This document shows, in pieces, positions 13,949 through 24,589 of a DNA stretch of 26,332 bases. The position numbers and the translations under genes were made by a program. The first letter of the stretch is position 1. Each line of letters starts with the position of its first letter. The stretch comes from a virus: IMG/VR virus record IMGVR_UViG_3300032087_002469, one strand, 5' to 3'. The notes under the pieces are model-generated. The model was not told where the DNA came from, ran no database searches, and saw only the letters and a list, made by a program, of their open reading frames with translations.

Positions 13949-16224
13949 TGGCTTTAGACTCCAATAAGATTGCAGATAATTTTATCGATCAGATAAAACA
14001 AGGAAGCTCTCCAATACCGAAACAAGATACTACTGTTGTTGTAAATGATGACACTGAGCCTTCGGCCGTTGGTGGGTTAGCAGCACTCGGTGCTACTGTA
14101 ATTGGAGCAACCGCTCTTGGTAGAAGAATACCTGGAATCAAATCTTTTCTAAGACCATTCGGTAAGACACCAAAAACAAATACAACTTATACACCTAACA
14201 AAGCAGTAGAGGAAATAGGTGACATACCAACGGCCACCGGACAATCCTCTGAATTAATTTTAGCGCCAGGTAAAGAGTTAGCTACAGTAGGTCGTTCAAG
14301 AATTGGTGAAGTACAAAATATTCCTTTTACTCAAGGTAAAGGTTACAAAGATGTTAATCCATTAGTAGGTTCTTCTACTTTCGATAGAGTTATGGAAGCA
14401 CCATTTGAAAAAGGAACAGCAAAGCAATGGACGGATTGGTTAACAAAAGCAAACAGAGCAGATCTAAAAGTTTCAACAGGTCCGTTAGCCGGTGTCTCTC
14501 GTAGAGTTACACCTGATGAGTTAGAAGAATTAAATTTAATTAAGTTCGATAAACAAGGTAAAGGTGTAGATGGTTTCCTTAAAGTTATGGATGATCAAAA
14601 CATTCCAATCGATAGAGATACTTTATTAAGTATGGTTAGAAACTCTCCTATCAACAGTTTACAGACTTTAAGATTCGGAGTTAGGGGAGATCCAGAAGCA
14701 GAGATGTTAGATGTTTTTACACAATTTAAAACTGCTTCAAATAAAATTCCAAATAAAACTACATTAACTGATGAGCTTTCAGGAGATATTTTATCTGATT
14801 TAAGAATGATAGTTAATAATTTAGAAAATCAACAAGGTGTTATAGGTTCAAGTAATTATACTGCCGTACAAGATAAATTAATTAAGTTAGGAAGAGAAGT
14901 AGATAACCCACAAGATTTTTCAGGAATACTACAAAGTTTTAATAAAACAGTAGGTGATTATAATAAGTATGGTAAACAAATAGACCTCCCTGCACCTATA
15001 AGATTTAGAAGAGATAAATCACGTGACTCTGGATATTTTCCTGCTTATAAAAGTCAAACAAGTTATGCTTTACAAGGAGGAGAAAATTATACAGAAGATG
15101 TTGTTTATTTTGCTAGAGCAGTTCCTAATGTTCGAGGAGGTAGATTTAAAAATATAGACAGTGCTCATTTTGTAGATAATGAAATAGGTTTTATAAGATA
15201 TGATGACTTACCTAATCCTAAATTAGGTTCAAGACATTTAAGAGTATCTGAAGCACAGACAGACGTACACTCACCACAGTTTAGTTCTGATCGATCTATT
15301 AGAGATGATTATTTTAGAAATAAAAAAAATCCATTTAATACAGATGGTGCAGTTAAGATATTAAAAAAACAAAGAGATGAGTTGCTAGAAAAAAGAGCTC
15401 CTTATGAAGAACTTGGTAGAGGGATAGCAGGTTTAACTAAATCACAAAGACAAGAACTAGCAAGAGTAAATTATGAGATTGCTCAATTAGAAAAATCTGG
15501 AATGTCTAAACTATTACAAGGATCACAAATAGATGAAACAACAGCAGCTCCATTGTCTAAGTCTTGGCCAGATTATGTTGCAAAGAGTATGTTAAGAACA
15601 ATGGCAGAAAGAAATATTAATGCTTTGTCTATTGTACCTTCTTCTATGAACAAAGGAATTAAGATGCCTGGCGGAACTAGTAAACTTGGAGATGAGATTA
15701 ACTACGGCTTAATGGATGGTAAAGCAGTAATTAGAGATGCTAACGGAAGATTAAAAAAAACAAGTCAGTTAGCTACAATGGTTGCACCGTTAAAAAAATT
15801 AGCTAATCAATATGGAGCTAAGTTTGAAATAGCACCTATGCCTAAAAGTAATCCAGATAAACCTTTTAAGTTAATAAAAGAAGTTACCATGAAGGGTAAT
15901 GATGATGTAGTAAGATTAGGTAGAAAACATTACAATAAAAAAATAGGGGATCAGTATATATTTGAAGACCATATAGGTGCTGCTAGAACATTAGATGAAG
16001 CAGAAGATTTATTAAAGATAAGAGAGAAAGATTCTTTTGGAGAAAGTGGAAGTATTAGATATGTTATTAAAGAAATAGGTCCTGAGAATCCAGATCTATA
16101 TGAGATGGTGCCTACATTTATAGCATCAGATGATGTGTTAAAGAAATTTTTATTACCAATGAAAGCTTATATGAAGGTTGGTGGGTTTGTAGATAATACT
16201 AACTTATTTAAACCCCTATTATAG
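13948..16224 (+). CDS. Large virion-module hypothetical protein
   Basis: 758 aa ORF between terL and portal. Confidence 0.8.
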   Translation: MALDSNKIADNFIDQIKQGSSPIPKQDTTVVVNDDTEPSAVGGLAALGATVIGATALGRRIPGIKSFLRPFGKTPKTNTTYTPNKAVEEIGDIPTATGQSSELILAPGKELATVGRSRIGEVQNIPFTQGKGYKDVNPLVGSSTFDRVMEAPFEKGTAKQWTDWLTKANRADLKVSTGPLAGVSRRVTPDELEELNLIKFDKQGKGVDGFLKVMDDQNIPIDRDTLLSMVRNSPINSLQTLRFGVRGDPEAEMLDVFTQFKTASNKIPNKTTLTDELSGDILSDLRMIVNNLENQQGVIGSSNYTAVQDKLIKLGREVDNPQDFSGILQSFNKTVGDYNKYGKQIDLPAPIRFRRDKSRDSGYFPAYKSQTSYALQGGENYTEDVVYFARAVPNVRGGRFKNIDSAHFVDNEIGFIRYDDLPNPKLGSRHLRVSEAQTDVHSPQFSSDRSIRDDYFRNKKNPFNTDGAVKILKKQRDELLEKRAPYEELGRGIAGLTKSQRQELARVNYEIAQLEKSGMSKLLQGSQIDETTAAPLSKSWPDYVAKSMLRTMAERNINALSIVPSSMNKGIKMPGGTSKLGDEINYGLMDGKAVIRDANGRLKKTSQLATMVAPLKKLANQYGAKFEIAPMPKSNPDKPFKLIKEVTMKGNDDVVRLGRKHYNKKIGDQYIFEDHIGAARTLDEAEDLLKIREKDSFGESGSIRYVIKEIGPENPDLYEMVPTFIASDDVLKKFLLPMKAYMKVGGFVDNTNLFKPLL

Positions 16225-16277
16225 ATTTTATATACAAAATGCTTTACACTGTACTGATAATTCTATAGGAGGAAATT

Positions 16278-16715
16278 ATGAGTTTAAAAAAGAAATTAAA
16301 AAAAATAGGTAAAGCGGCGGCACTTGCCGGCACTGCTTATCTAGCATCTAAAGCTATGTCAGGAGCTGGAGCTGGCGTAAATGTAGATAAAGGCAGAGGA
16401 AGTGCATTAAGTAACATGTACAGAAAAAAATACACTGATGGTATAATGAGAGGTGTAAAAGGAACTAAAGCTGCTAGCATAGGTATTATGGATAGAATTG
16501 GTAATGCTGCTAGTAAAGTTATTAACATGGGTCCAGGAAAAAATGCTACATCTAAAATGGGTGGAACATTAGCTGATAAAGTTTTATCTAGAAAAAATAC
16601 AGGTATGGAAATGTTTGGTGGAGCTAAATATGGTGGCATGATGAAAGCTAAAACTGGTACATATGTTAAAGCATCTTGTAAATTAGGAAAGAATAAAAAA
16701 ACATTAATAACTTAA
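16278..16715 (+). CDS. Gly/Lys-rich hypothetical structural protein
   Basis: 145 aa, AGGAGG RBS. Confidence 0.7.
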   Translation: MSLKKKLKKIGKAAALAGTAYLASKAMSGAGAGVNVDKGRGSALSNMYRKKYTDGIMRGVKGTKAASIGIMDRIGNAASKVINMGPGKNATSKMGGTLADKVLSRKNTGMEMFGGAKYGGMMKAKTGTYVKASCKLGKNKKTLIT

Positions 16716-19051
16716 TGGCTATTGAAACTGAAAACCCAATCAACGAAGAAGTTGATGTTGAGGAGGAAGCAGTTGTTGAATTACCACCTGAAGATGGTGA
16801 AGAAGTAACTGAAGAACCTGAACAGGATTTCTATGCAAATATTGCAGAGACGATTGATGACAAAGCTTTATCGCAACTTGCGTCAGATTTAATTTCTGAG
16901 TATCAAAGTGATAAAGAATCTAGAAAAGAATGGGAAGACACTTATACAAATGGTTTAGATCTTTTAGGATTTAAATACAAGTCGACTACTCAACCATTTA
17001 AAGGAGCTAGTAATGTCACTCATCCTCTATTGTCAGAAGCGGTAACACAGTTTCAAGCACAAGCTTACAAAGAACTACTACCAAGTGATGGACCAGTAAA
17101 AACTAGAATTGTTGGATTACAAAACGAAACAGTAGAAGCTCAAGCTGAAAGAGTAAAAGATTTCATGAATTATCAGATCATGGAAAAAATGGAAGAATAC
17201 ACTCCAGAGTTTGATCAATTATTATTTTATCTACCGTTAGCAGGATCTGCATTTAAAAAAATATATTATGATGCATTATTGGAAAGAGCTGTATCTAAAT
17301 TTATTCCTGCAGAAGATTTAGTGGTTCCTTATTTTGCAACAGATTTAAAAGATGCTCCTAGAATTACACACGTACTAAAACAATCAGAAAATGATTTGTT
17401 AAAAAAAATGGCTACAGGTTTTTACAAAGAAGTAGAACTGATGAAGCCAGAAAAAAAAGATAACAAGATTAAAGATAAGTACAATGAGTTAGAAGGTGTT
17501 AAAGCTGTTGAAACAAATGACTACATCTACAGTGTTTTAGAAATGCATGTTGATTTAGATTTATCTGATTATATCGCAGAAAACGAAGAAGATAAAATTA
17601 ATATTAAAATTCCTTACATTGTAACTATAGAAGAATCTACAAGAAAAATTTTATCTATTTATAGAAACTATAAAGAAGGTGATGCTAAATTTACAAGAAA
17701 AGAATATTTTTCACACTTTAAATTTTTACCAGGATTAGGTTTTTATGGCTTTGGTTTAATTCATATGATCGGTGGCCTGTCACGAACAGCAACTACTGCA
17801 TTAAGACAGTTACTAGATGCAGGTACATTATCTAACTTACCTGCTGGATTTAAGTCTAGAGGTATGAGAATTAGAGATGATGACCAACCAATACAGCCTG
17901 GAGAGTTTAGAGATGTAGATGCACCTGGCGGAAACATCAGAGATCAGTTTCAATTACTACCTTTTAAAGAACCAAGCACAACTTTATTTAACCTTTTAGG
18001 TTTTTGTGTGGATGCTGGAAGAAGATTTGCATCAATTGCTGACCAACAAGTAGGCGATGGCAACCAAGCGGCGGCAGTTGGTACTACAATTGCACTTTTA
18101 GAAAGAGGTTCTAGAGTAATGTCAGCTATTCATAAGCGTTGTTACTATGCAATGAAGCAAGAATTTAGACTTTTAAGTTCAGTTATTGCTGAATACCTAC
18201 CACCTGAGTATCCATACGCAGTGTACGGGGCTGAGAGAGTCATTAAAGTACAAGATTTTGACGATCGAGTAGATATTTTACCGGTTGCAGACCCAAATAT
18301 CTTCTCAATGTCGCAAAGAGTGACCTTAGCACAGACACAATTGCAAATTGCTCAGTCAAATCCACAACTTCACAACTTACATGAGGCTTATAGACGTGTT
18401 TATGAAGCTTTAGGTACTAAAGAAATACCTCAAATACTAAAACCAGACCCAAAACCGTTTCCAAAAGACCCTGCAATAGAAAATATGGAAGCATTACAGT
18501 CATTACCAATGACAGCTTTTCCAGAACAAGACCATGATGCACATATTGCAGCGCATTCTGCGTTTATGAGAACTAGAATGGTGCAAATTAACCCTATGGT
18601 CTATGCAAATTTACAAGGACACATCTCTCAGCACGTTTCTATGAAAGCTTCTGCTGAAGTTATGTCTATGATGCAACAAGATCCACAAATGATGGAGTTG
18701 ATGCAACAAAATCAACAACAATTTAGAGCAATATTTGATTCAGAGACAGCAAAAAGAATTGCACAGATAACTGCAGAGCTTGCACAGAACGAAACTATGA
18801 TGGATAATCAAAAACAAGATCCTGTTGTTATGTTAAAACAAAGAGAATTAGATTTAAGAGCTATGGACTTACAAAGACGGGTTGAAGAGGGTAATATGAA
18901 GATAGAAAATCAAGAGGGTCAGTTTGATGAAAGATTAGACTTTGATAGATTAAAATTAGAAACAAACGATGAGCAATCTGATAAAAGATTAGAACTTGCT
19001 CGAGAAAAAATGGAGAAACAAAATGAAAAAAAAGCACGGACTGGAAAATAG
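16715..19051 (+). CDS. Portal protein
   Basis: 778 aa; position after terL and TTQPFKGASNVTHPLLSEAVTQFQAQAYKELLPSDGPVKT pattern of podovirus-like portals. Confidence 0.8.
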   Translation: MAIETENPINEEVDVEEEAVVELPPEDGEEVTEEPEQDFYANIAETIDDKALSQLASDLISEYQSDKESRKEWEDTYTNGLDLLGFKYKSTTQPFKGASNVTHPLLSEAVTQFQAQAYKELLPSDGPVKTRIVGLQNETVEAQAERVKDFMNYQIMEKMEEYTPEFDQLLFYLPLAGSAFKKIYYDALLERAVSKFIPAEDLVVPYFATDLKDAPRITHVLKQSENDLLKKMATGFYKEVELMKPEKKDNKIKDKYNELEGVKAVETNDYIYSVLEMHVDLDLSDYIAENEEDKINIKIPYIVTIEESTRKILSIYRNYKEGDAKFTRKEYFSHFKFLPGLGFYGFGLIHMIGGLSRTATTALRQLLDAGTLSNLPAGFKSRGMRIRDDDQPIQPGEFRDVDAPGGNIRDQFQLLPFKEPSTTLFNLLGFCVDAGRRFASIADQQVGDGNQAAAVGTTIALLERGSRVMSAIHKRCYYAMKQEFRLLSSVIAEYLPPEYPYAVYGAERVIKVQDFDDRVDILPVADPNIFSMSQRVTLAQTQLQIAQSNPQLHNLHEAYRRVYEALGTKEIPQILKPDPKPFPKDPAIENMEALQSLPMTAFPEQDHDAHIAAHSAFMRTRMVQINPMVYANLQGHISQHVSMKASAEVMSMMQQDPQMMELMQQNQQQFRAIFDSETAKRIAQITAELAQNETMMDNQKQDPVVMLKQRELDLRAMDLQRRVEEGNMKIENQEGQFDERLDFDRLKLETNDEQSDKRLELAREKMEKQNEKKARTGK

Positions 19052-19379
19052 TTATAAAAAATTAAGAATGGGTGGAATGTTCTACTCTAAAGGTGGCGGG
19101 GCAGACATGTCTACTAAACAAAAAGCAATTGCAGCTAAAGCACCACCTCCAAATGTATTAGATGGAAAAGACCTTGCAGTTCTTAGAGCAGAAAAGGCAA
19201 AAGGAAGAGGCATGGGTCTTCAAGACGAAAAATTAAAACCAGGTAAAGTTATGAAAGCAAATCTTGGTTTAATGTTTATGAAAAAAGCAAAAGATAAAGG
19301 TGCTAAAGGTGCTGAGTTTTTATCTCCACTTGCAATGGCAGGAAGATTTTTTACTAAAGGTGGAAAAGTTAAAAAATAA
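19023..19379 (+). CDS. Gly/Lys-rich hypothetical protein
   Basis: Start refined to MKKKHGLENSYKKLRMGGM; overlaps the portal 3' end. Confidence 0.6.
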   Translation: MKKKHGLENSYKKLRMGGMFYSKGGGADMSTKQKAIAAKAPPPNVLDGKDLAVLRAEKAKGRGMGLQDEKLKPGKVMKANLGLMFMKKAKDKGAKGAEFLSPLAMAGRFFTKGGKVKK

Positions 19380-19567
19380 TGACCACCCTATATAGACACA
19401 AAGTTTCTGGCAAAAGATCAGGGCCACCACCTAAACGTGGCCCAAACCCCCAAGTGCCTCCAGTAAAATTAAACAAAGGAAGCAAACAAGTGGTAAAAGC
19501 TGGTTATCATAGAATGCCTGATGGTAGTATTATGAAAAACAGTGCTCACAAGGGGTATAAAAAATAA
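19379..19567 (+). CDS. Hypothetical small protein
   Basis: 62 aa Pro/Lys rich. Confidence 0.6.
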   Translation: MTTLYRHKVSGKRSGPPPKRGPNPQVPPVKLNKGSKQVVKAGYHRMPDGSIMKNSAHKGYKK

Positions 19568-19950
19568 TGTGGTTTCAAGCAATCAAATTAGCAGTTTCTG
19601 CTGGAAGTAAAATTTACGCAAACAAACAAAAAGCTAAGATGGCTATGTCAGATGCACAACTATTACATGCAGAAAAACAAGCCCGAGGTGAAGAAGCTTA
19701 CCAAGGAAAACTTTTAGAAGCACGTCAATCAGACTGGAAGGACGAGGCGGTTTTGATAATTTTGTCGACCCCCGTGTTAATTTTGGCGTGGGCAGTCGTA
19801 TCGGATGACCCGACAGCGATGGACAAGGTGAAATTATTTTTTGATATGTTCTCTCAGCTCCCGAGCTGGTTTACAAATCTCTGGATTCTTGTCGTGGCGA
19901 GTATTTATGGGATAAAGGGAACTCAAATATTTAGGGGAGGCAAGAAATGA
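19567..19950 (+). CDS. Membrane-associated hypothetical protein, possibly holin-like
   Basis: Two hydrophobic segments VLIILSTPVLILAWAVV and FTNLWILVVASIYGI. Confidence 0.55.
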   Translation: MWFQAIKLAVSAGSKIYANKQKAKMAMSDAQLLHAEKQARGEEAYQGKLLEARQSDWKDEAVLIILSTPVLILAWAVVSDDPTAMDKVKLFFDMFSQLPSWFTNLWILVVASIYGIKGTQIFRGGKK

Positions 19951-20102
19951 ACCTAGAAAGAGACTTACAAAAACTTAAAAAAGAAAAACAGATGAAAGAA
20001 TCTGCTATTGCTCAACTTAGAAAAAGAAGTAGAGATTCAATTGCTAGACCAAAAGCAGAAAAGAATATTTTATCAACTGATCCAAGAATGCAAAAAATAT
20101 AA
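19947..20102 (+). CDS. Charged coiled-coil-like small protein (51 aa), absent from track
   Basis: ATGA overlap with upstream stop; MNLERDLQKLKKEKQMKESAIAQLRKRSRDSIARPKAEKNILSTDPRMQKI*. Confidence 0.6.
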   Translation: MNLERDLQKLKKEKQMKESAIAQLRKRSRDSIARPKAEKNILSTDPRMQKI

Positions 20103-20114
20103 GCTATTTACTTT

Positions 20115-20123
20115 TGCTATAAT
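20115..20123 (+). promoter_or_regulatory. Possible extended -10 promoter
   Basis: TGCTATAAT, no clear -35. Confidence 0.3.
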
Positions 20124-20140
20124 TAATATATAACCCTTGT

Positions 20141-20719
20141 ATGATTCAAGGTGATAGTACAGAATACGAAATCTTAAAAGAAGCTTGTAATACTTTAGAA
20201 AGTGATAATTTATTTACTGCGGAGATTGGTGTAAGAGAAGGAAAAGGTTCTCAAATAATATTAAACGAATTAAGTGAAAAAAAACATTGGCATATAGGTA
20301 TAGACCCCTATGGTAATTTAGATTATCAACATTATGATAATTCTGGTTCTTATACAGCTGATTATACCAACACCATGAAGCAACAATTAATTAAAGATTT
20401 AGATTATCCAAATTTTACTTTGTATCAATTAGGTGATGATGAATTTATGAAACGTTTTGAAGATGGAGTGCCTATTTACAGAGACAAAAAAGAATTAAAA
20501 ACAAACTATGATTTAGTTCATTTTGACGGACCCCATAAAACAATTGATGTTATCAAAGAATCAATTTTTTTTGGAGAAAGATCTCATGCTGGCACGGTGT
20601 TTGTTTTTGATGACTATCCAAAATTTGATATGGATGCTGTATTAAAAATTATAGTAAATGAATATGGTTTTATGTTACTTAAACAAGGTAAAAATAAGAT
20701 ATCACTAAAAAGAAATTAA
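20141..20719 (+). CDS. Class I SAM-methyltransferase-like protein
   Basis: TAEIGVREGKGS ... HIGIDPYG ... YDLVHFDGPH ... VFDDY. Confidence 0.7.
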   Translation: MIQGDSTEYEILKEACNTLESDNLFTAEIGVREGKGSQIILNELSEKKHWHIGIDPYGNLDYQHYDNSGSYTADYTNTMKQQLIKDLDYPNFTLYQLGDDEFMKRFEDGVPIYRDKKELKTNYDLVHFDGPHKTIDVIKESIFFGERSHAGTVFVFDDYPKFDMDAVLKIIVNEYGFMLLKQGKNKISLKRN

Positions 20720-20937
20720 TGATTATAGACTATCCATTAGTAAGAAGAGTAGCAGAAAAAAGAGTAGAGTCTTTAAAAGACACTTTAGTGTACTCCGTTG
20801 ACAATTTAGAACAATTACATTATATTAGAGGACAAATCAAAGGCCTAGAGTCTTTGCTTCAGGATCTTAAAGACCTGCAAGAAAAACAGGAGCTACTAAA
20901 TGACAAAGAACTTAGAGACTTCGAAGGAAGTACCTAA
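20719..20937 (+). CDS. Hypothetical small protein
   Basis: 72 aa, TAATG coupled. Confidence 0.65.
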   Translation: MIIDYPLVRRVAEKRVESLKDTLVYSVDNLEQLHYIRGQIKGLESLLQDLKDLQEKQELLNDKELRDFEGST

Positions 20938-21367
20938 AAAAAAAGAAGCATTACTTGATGCTTACAAATCCAAAGATGAAATCAAAGATACCCAGTTAGA
21001 CGCTAAAGCTGTTGAAGGTAACAAAGACCTTTTAGATAGATTGCCTACACCAACTGGTTATAGACTTTTAGTTTTACCATACGCTGGTCCTAAAAAAACT
21101 AAAGGTGGACTTTATCTTTCTGACACAACTCAAGAAACAATACAGATGACTACCGTATGTGCATATGTATTGAAAATGGGGGATCTTTGCTACAAAGACA
21201 AACAAAAATTTCCAGAAGGCCCTTGGTGTAAAAAGGGTGATTGGATTATTTTTGGACGTTATGCTGGATCTAGGTTCAAAATAGAAGGCGGAGAAGTTCG
21301 TATCTTAAATGATGATGAAATAATCGCTAAGATAAATAATCCGGAGGATATTTTGCACGCATACTAA
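20900..21367 (+). CDS. GroES-like (Cpn10) co-chaperonin homolog
   Basis: LPTPTGYRLLVLP...KTKGGLYLSD...AYVLKMGD...GDWIIFGRYAGSRFKIEGGEVRILNDDEIIA. Confidence 0.8.
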   Translation: MTKNLETSKEVPKKKEALLDAYKSKDEIKDTQLDAKAVEGNKDLLDRLPTPTGYRLLVLPYAGPKKTKGGLYLSDTTQETIQMTTVCAYVLKMGDLCYKDKQKFPEGPWCKKGDWIIFGRYAGSRFKIEGGEVRILNDDEIIAKINNPEDILHAY

Positions 21368-21394
21368 CACATACGCAATTAAACAGGAGCTACT

Positions 21395-22378
21395 ATGGAA
21401 GACACAGAAAATATAAAAAATCCAGAAGTTGAATTAGATACTGATGGAGTAAAAGAACAAACACTTCAAGTTGAAGAACAACAAGTTGAAGTTTCAGAAA
21501 CTGAATTACCAAAACAAGAAGTTGATTTAGGTTATACAGAACCTAAACCTGAAGGCATTGAAGGTATTAAAGTTGAAACAATAAAAGAAGAAATTAAACC
21601 AGAAATAAAAGAAGATAGTCTTTCTGATGTTTCTGAAAAAGTTAAAAGAAGAATAGATAAATTAACTTTTAAAATTAGAGAATCTGAACGAAGAGAAAAA
21701 GCTGCTTTAGATTATGCTAAAGGTTTAAAAAATCAACTTGATGATACTAAAACTAGATTTTCAAAAACTAGTAAAAGTTACATAGAACAATTTTCTGCTA
21801 GGGTTATAGCTGAACAAGAAGATGCAAAAAAAGCTTTAAGAGATGCTATTGCAGATCAAGATGCTGATAAAATAGCTGATGCAAATTCTAGAATAGCTAC
21901 ATTAGCCGTAGAAGCAGAAAAAGTTAAGATGACACAAGCCGAAGAAGACGCTAAAGAAGAAAGAGCTAAATCTGAAGCTAAAATAGAACAACCAATACAA
22001 CAAGCACCTCAAGCAAATGTTGCTCCACCTTCTAGTAAAGCCAAAGGATGGGCTGAAAAGAACGAATGGTTCGGTAGCGATAAAATCATGACAAGTGCAG
22101 CGTTTCAAGCCCATAACGATCTTGTAGAGCAGGGGTTTGACGCAGAGAGTGATGAGTACTATAATGAAATTGATAAAGTTATGAAGGAAAATTTTCCTCA
22201 TAGATTTAGTCAACCACAGGAGCAAAAGAAACCCGTCCAAACTGTTGCTTCTGCACAAAGAAATCAAACCGGACGCCGATCAGTGAAACTCACCAAGTCA
22301 CAAATAGTTATCGCTAAAAAACTAGGGGTGCCACTAGAGGAATACGCAAAATACGTGAAGGAGAATGCAAATGGATAA
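21395..22378 (+). CDS. Putative scaffolding protein
   Basis: Acidic Glu-rich N-terminus, coiled coil, located upstream of capsid genes. Confidence 0.6.
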   Translation: MEDTENIKNPEVELDTDGVKEQTLQVEEQQVEVSETELPKQEVDLGYTEPKPEGIEGIKVETIKEEIKPEIKEDSLSDVSEKVKRRIDKLTFKIRESERREKAALDYAKGLKNQLDDTKTRFSKTSKSYIEQFSARVIAEQEDAKKALRDAIADQDADKIADANSRIATLAVEAEKVKMTQAEEDAKEERAKSEAKIEQPIQQAPQANVAPPSSKAKGWAEKNEWFGSDKIMTSAAFQAHNDLVEQGFDAESDEYYNEIDKVMKENFPHRFSQPQEQKKPVQTVASAQRNQTGRRSVKLTKSQIVIAKKLGVPLEEYAKYVKENANG

Positions 22379-22841
22379 TATCAAAAGAACCTCACGCCAG
22401 TCAGAGACTAGGCAACAAGAAAAAAAACCTAGCGCTTGGGCTCCACCATCGAGTTTAGACGCACCACCTGCACCACAGGGTTATGCACATCGTTGGATAC
22501 GAACGAGCATAGCAGGGTTTGAGGATACAGCTAATGTAACCAAAAAACTTAGAGAGGGTTGGGAATTTGTAAGAGCAGAAGAAATGAAAAATTCTGCTGA
22601 TATACACAAGTACCCAATTATAAATCAGGGACAGTATCAAGGGTGTATAGGAATCGGTGGCCTTGTGTTGGCAAGGATACCTGAAGAGATATTAAAAAGC
22701 CGTGCTGAGTACTTTGATAAAATTACTCAAGACCAAATCGAAGCGGTTGATAATGATCTAATGAAGGAACAACGACCAGAAATGCCGATCAATATTGATA
22801 GGCAATCTAGAGTTACCTTTGGTGGTAGTCGTAAAAAATAG
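22365..22841 (+). CDS. Hypothetical virion-module protein
   Basis: 158 aa ORF overlapping the scaffold gene end. Confidence 0.65.
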   Translation: MQMDNIKRTSRQSETRQQEKKPSAWAPPSSLDAPPAPQGYAHRWIRTSIAGFEDTANVTKKLREGWEFVRAEEMKNSADIHKYPIINQGQYQGCIGIGGLVLARIPEEILKSRAEYFDKITQDQIEAVDNDLMKEQRPEMPINIDRQSRVTFGGSRKK

Positions 22842-22905
22842 TTTTTTTGCATTACCTACCGAGTTAGCTTGGAGTTAAACTAAACATAAAACGGAGAAAA
22901 CAACT

Positions 22906-23490
22906 ATGGCAAATCAACTAGAAAAGTTCGGTCTAAGACCGCACAGAAAACTAGACGGTACACCATTAGTAGGTGCTCAAAACAGATACACAATTAAACC
23001 AGGCTATGGCACTGCGATTTATCAAGGTGACTTGGTAGTTCCTGTTTCTACAGGAAACATCGAAAGACATACTGCTGGAAATGGTGCTGCTGTTGTGGGC
23101 GTTTTTAACGGAGTTTTTTATAACGATCCAACTACTCAGAAACCAACTTATAAGAATTACTACCCTGGTGGAGTTACACCAACTCAAGGCGATCTTACTG
23201 CCTTTGTTGTTGACGATCCAGATGCAGTATTCTTAATGGATGCGGATCAGAGTTTTGTTAGAGCGGATTTGTTTAAAAACTATCACGTTACAAACACTAC
23301 TGGTGTTACACAAACAGGAATATCAAAAGTACAACTAGACGTTAGTTCTTCTGGAACTAAAACAACGTTTGTTGTTCAAGCGATAGACATTTCACAAGAT
23401 CCTGATAACTCAGATGTGACTGTGTCTAATGCTAACATTCTTGTTAGAATCAACAACCACTTCTTTAGAAGTGGAACAGGTATAGCGTAA
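22906..23490 (+). CDS. Putative structural protein
   Basis: 194 aa ORF, RBS CGGAGAAA, capsid module. Confidence 0.65.
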   Translation: MANQLEKFGLRPHRKLDGTPLVGAQNRYTIKPGYGTAIYQGDLVVPVSTGNIERHTAGNGAAVVGVFNGVFYNDPTTQKPTYKNYYPGGVTPTQGDLTAFVVDDPDAVFLMDADQSFVRADLFKNYHVTNTTGVTQTGISKVQLDVSSSGTKTTFVVQAIDISQDPDNSDVTVSNANILVRINNHFFRSGTGIA

Positions 23491-23505
23491 TAAAGGAGAA
23501 TAACT

Positions 23506-24426
23506 ATGGCAATATCACGAGCACAGCTAGTTAAAGAACTAGAGCCAGGTTTGAATGCTTTATTCGGCCTGGAATATAACAGATATGAAAATCAACATGC
23601 GGAGATTTTCCCGTCTGAAACATCTGACAGAGCTTTTGAAGAAGAAGTAATGTTAAGCGGTTTCGCTTCAGCACCAGTTAAACAAGAAGGTGCGGGAGTA
23701 GTGTTTGATCAAGCAGGTGAAACTTTCACAGCAAGATACTCACACGAAACAATCGCTTTAGCATTCTCTATTACTGAGGAAGCAATCGAAGATAACCTGT
23801 ACGACAGATTAGCTGCAAGATACACAAGAGCTCTTGCAAGATCTATGTCGAACACGAAGCAAGTTAAAGCAGCGTCTGTGTTAAACAATGCACAGAAAAG
23901 CACTGGATTTAACGGAGGAGATGGTGTTTCATTAATAAACAACGCTCACCCGTTAGCTACAGGTGGTACATTCTCGAATGTACTAGCTACTGCTGCCGAC
24001 CTTAACGAAACTTCACTTGAGCAGTCGTTAATCGATATTTCATCTTTTGTAGATGAAAGAGGATTAAAAATTGCTTCTCAAGGTAGAAAAATGATAATTC
24101 CAAAAGAATTACAATTTACTGCTGAGAGAATTATGAAGTCTCCTCAAAGAGTCGGAACTGCTGATAACGATATCAATGCAATCGCTAACATGGGAATGGT
24201 TCCAGAAGGTTATGTTGTTAATAACTTCCTAACTGATCCGGATGCTTTCTTCTTGTTAACTGATGCACCTAACGGTTTTAAACACTTCATTAGAAGTCCA
24301 ATTAAAACTGCTATGGAAGGTGATTTCGATACAGGAAACGTTAGATTTAAAGCTAGAGAAAGATACTCTTTTGGATGGTCTGATCCAAGAGCGGTATTTG
24401 GTAACGGAAAATTACCTACTAGTTAA
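23506..24426 (+). CDS. Major capsid protein
   Basis: 306 aa, position after scaffold, FTARYSHETIALAFSITEEAIEDNLYDRLAARYTRALARSM...; followed by a strong terminator. Confidence 0.8.
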   Translation: MAISRAQLVKELEPGLNALFGLEYNRYENQHAEIFPSETSDRAFEEEVMLSGFASAPVKQEGAGVVFDQAGETFTARYSHETIALAFSITEEAIEDNLYDRLAARYTRALARSMSNTKQVKAASVLNNAQKSTGFNGGDGVSLINNAHPLATGGTFSNVLATAADLNETSLEQSLIDISSFVDERGLKIASQGRKMIIPKELQFTAERIMKSPQRVGTADNDINAIANMGMVPEGYVVNNFLTDPDAFFLLTDAPNGFKHFIRSPIKTAMEGDFDTGNVRFKARERYSFGWSDPRAVFGNGKLPTS

Positions 24427-24458
24427 TAGTCAAACTATTAAACCGTAAAAGGTTACTT

Positions 24459-24491
24459 AAAAGGGGCGGAGTTTACTCTGCCCCTTTTTTT
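24459..24491 (+). terminator. Strong rho-independent terminator
   Basis: AAAAGGGGCGGAG-TTTA-CTCTGCCCCTTTT 13-bp stem plus T-tract. Confidence 0.93.
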
Positions 24492-24589
24492 ATATATAAT
24501 AAAAAGACCTAGAAAAATAATTATTATGTAGACTGGCTAGGCAGACGGTATAGAGACTACATAACGAATGCTATACAAAGGAGAAAATT

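Noticed and set aside
21902-24448. Minus-strand and out-of-frame ORFs 21902-22267, 22455-22640, 22966-23187, 23709-23942, 24263-24448
   Set aside because: Shadow ORFs within scaffold/capsid genes with no independent support.
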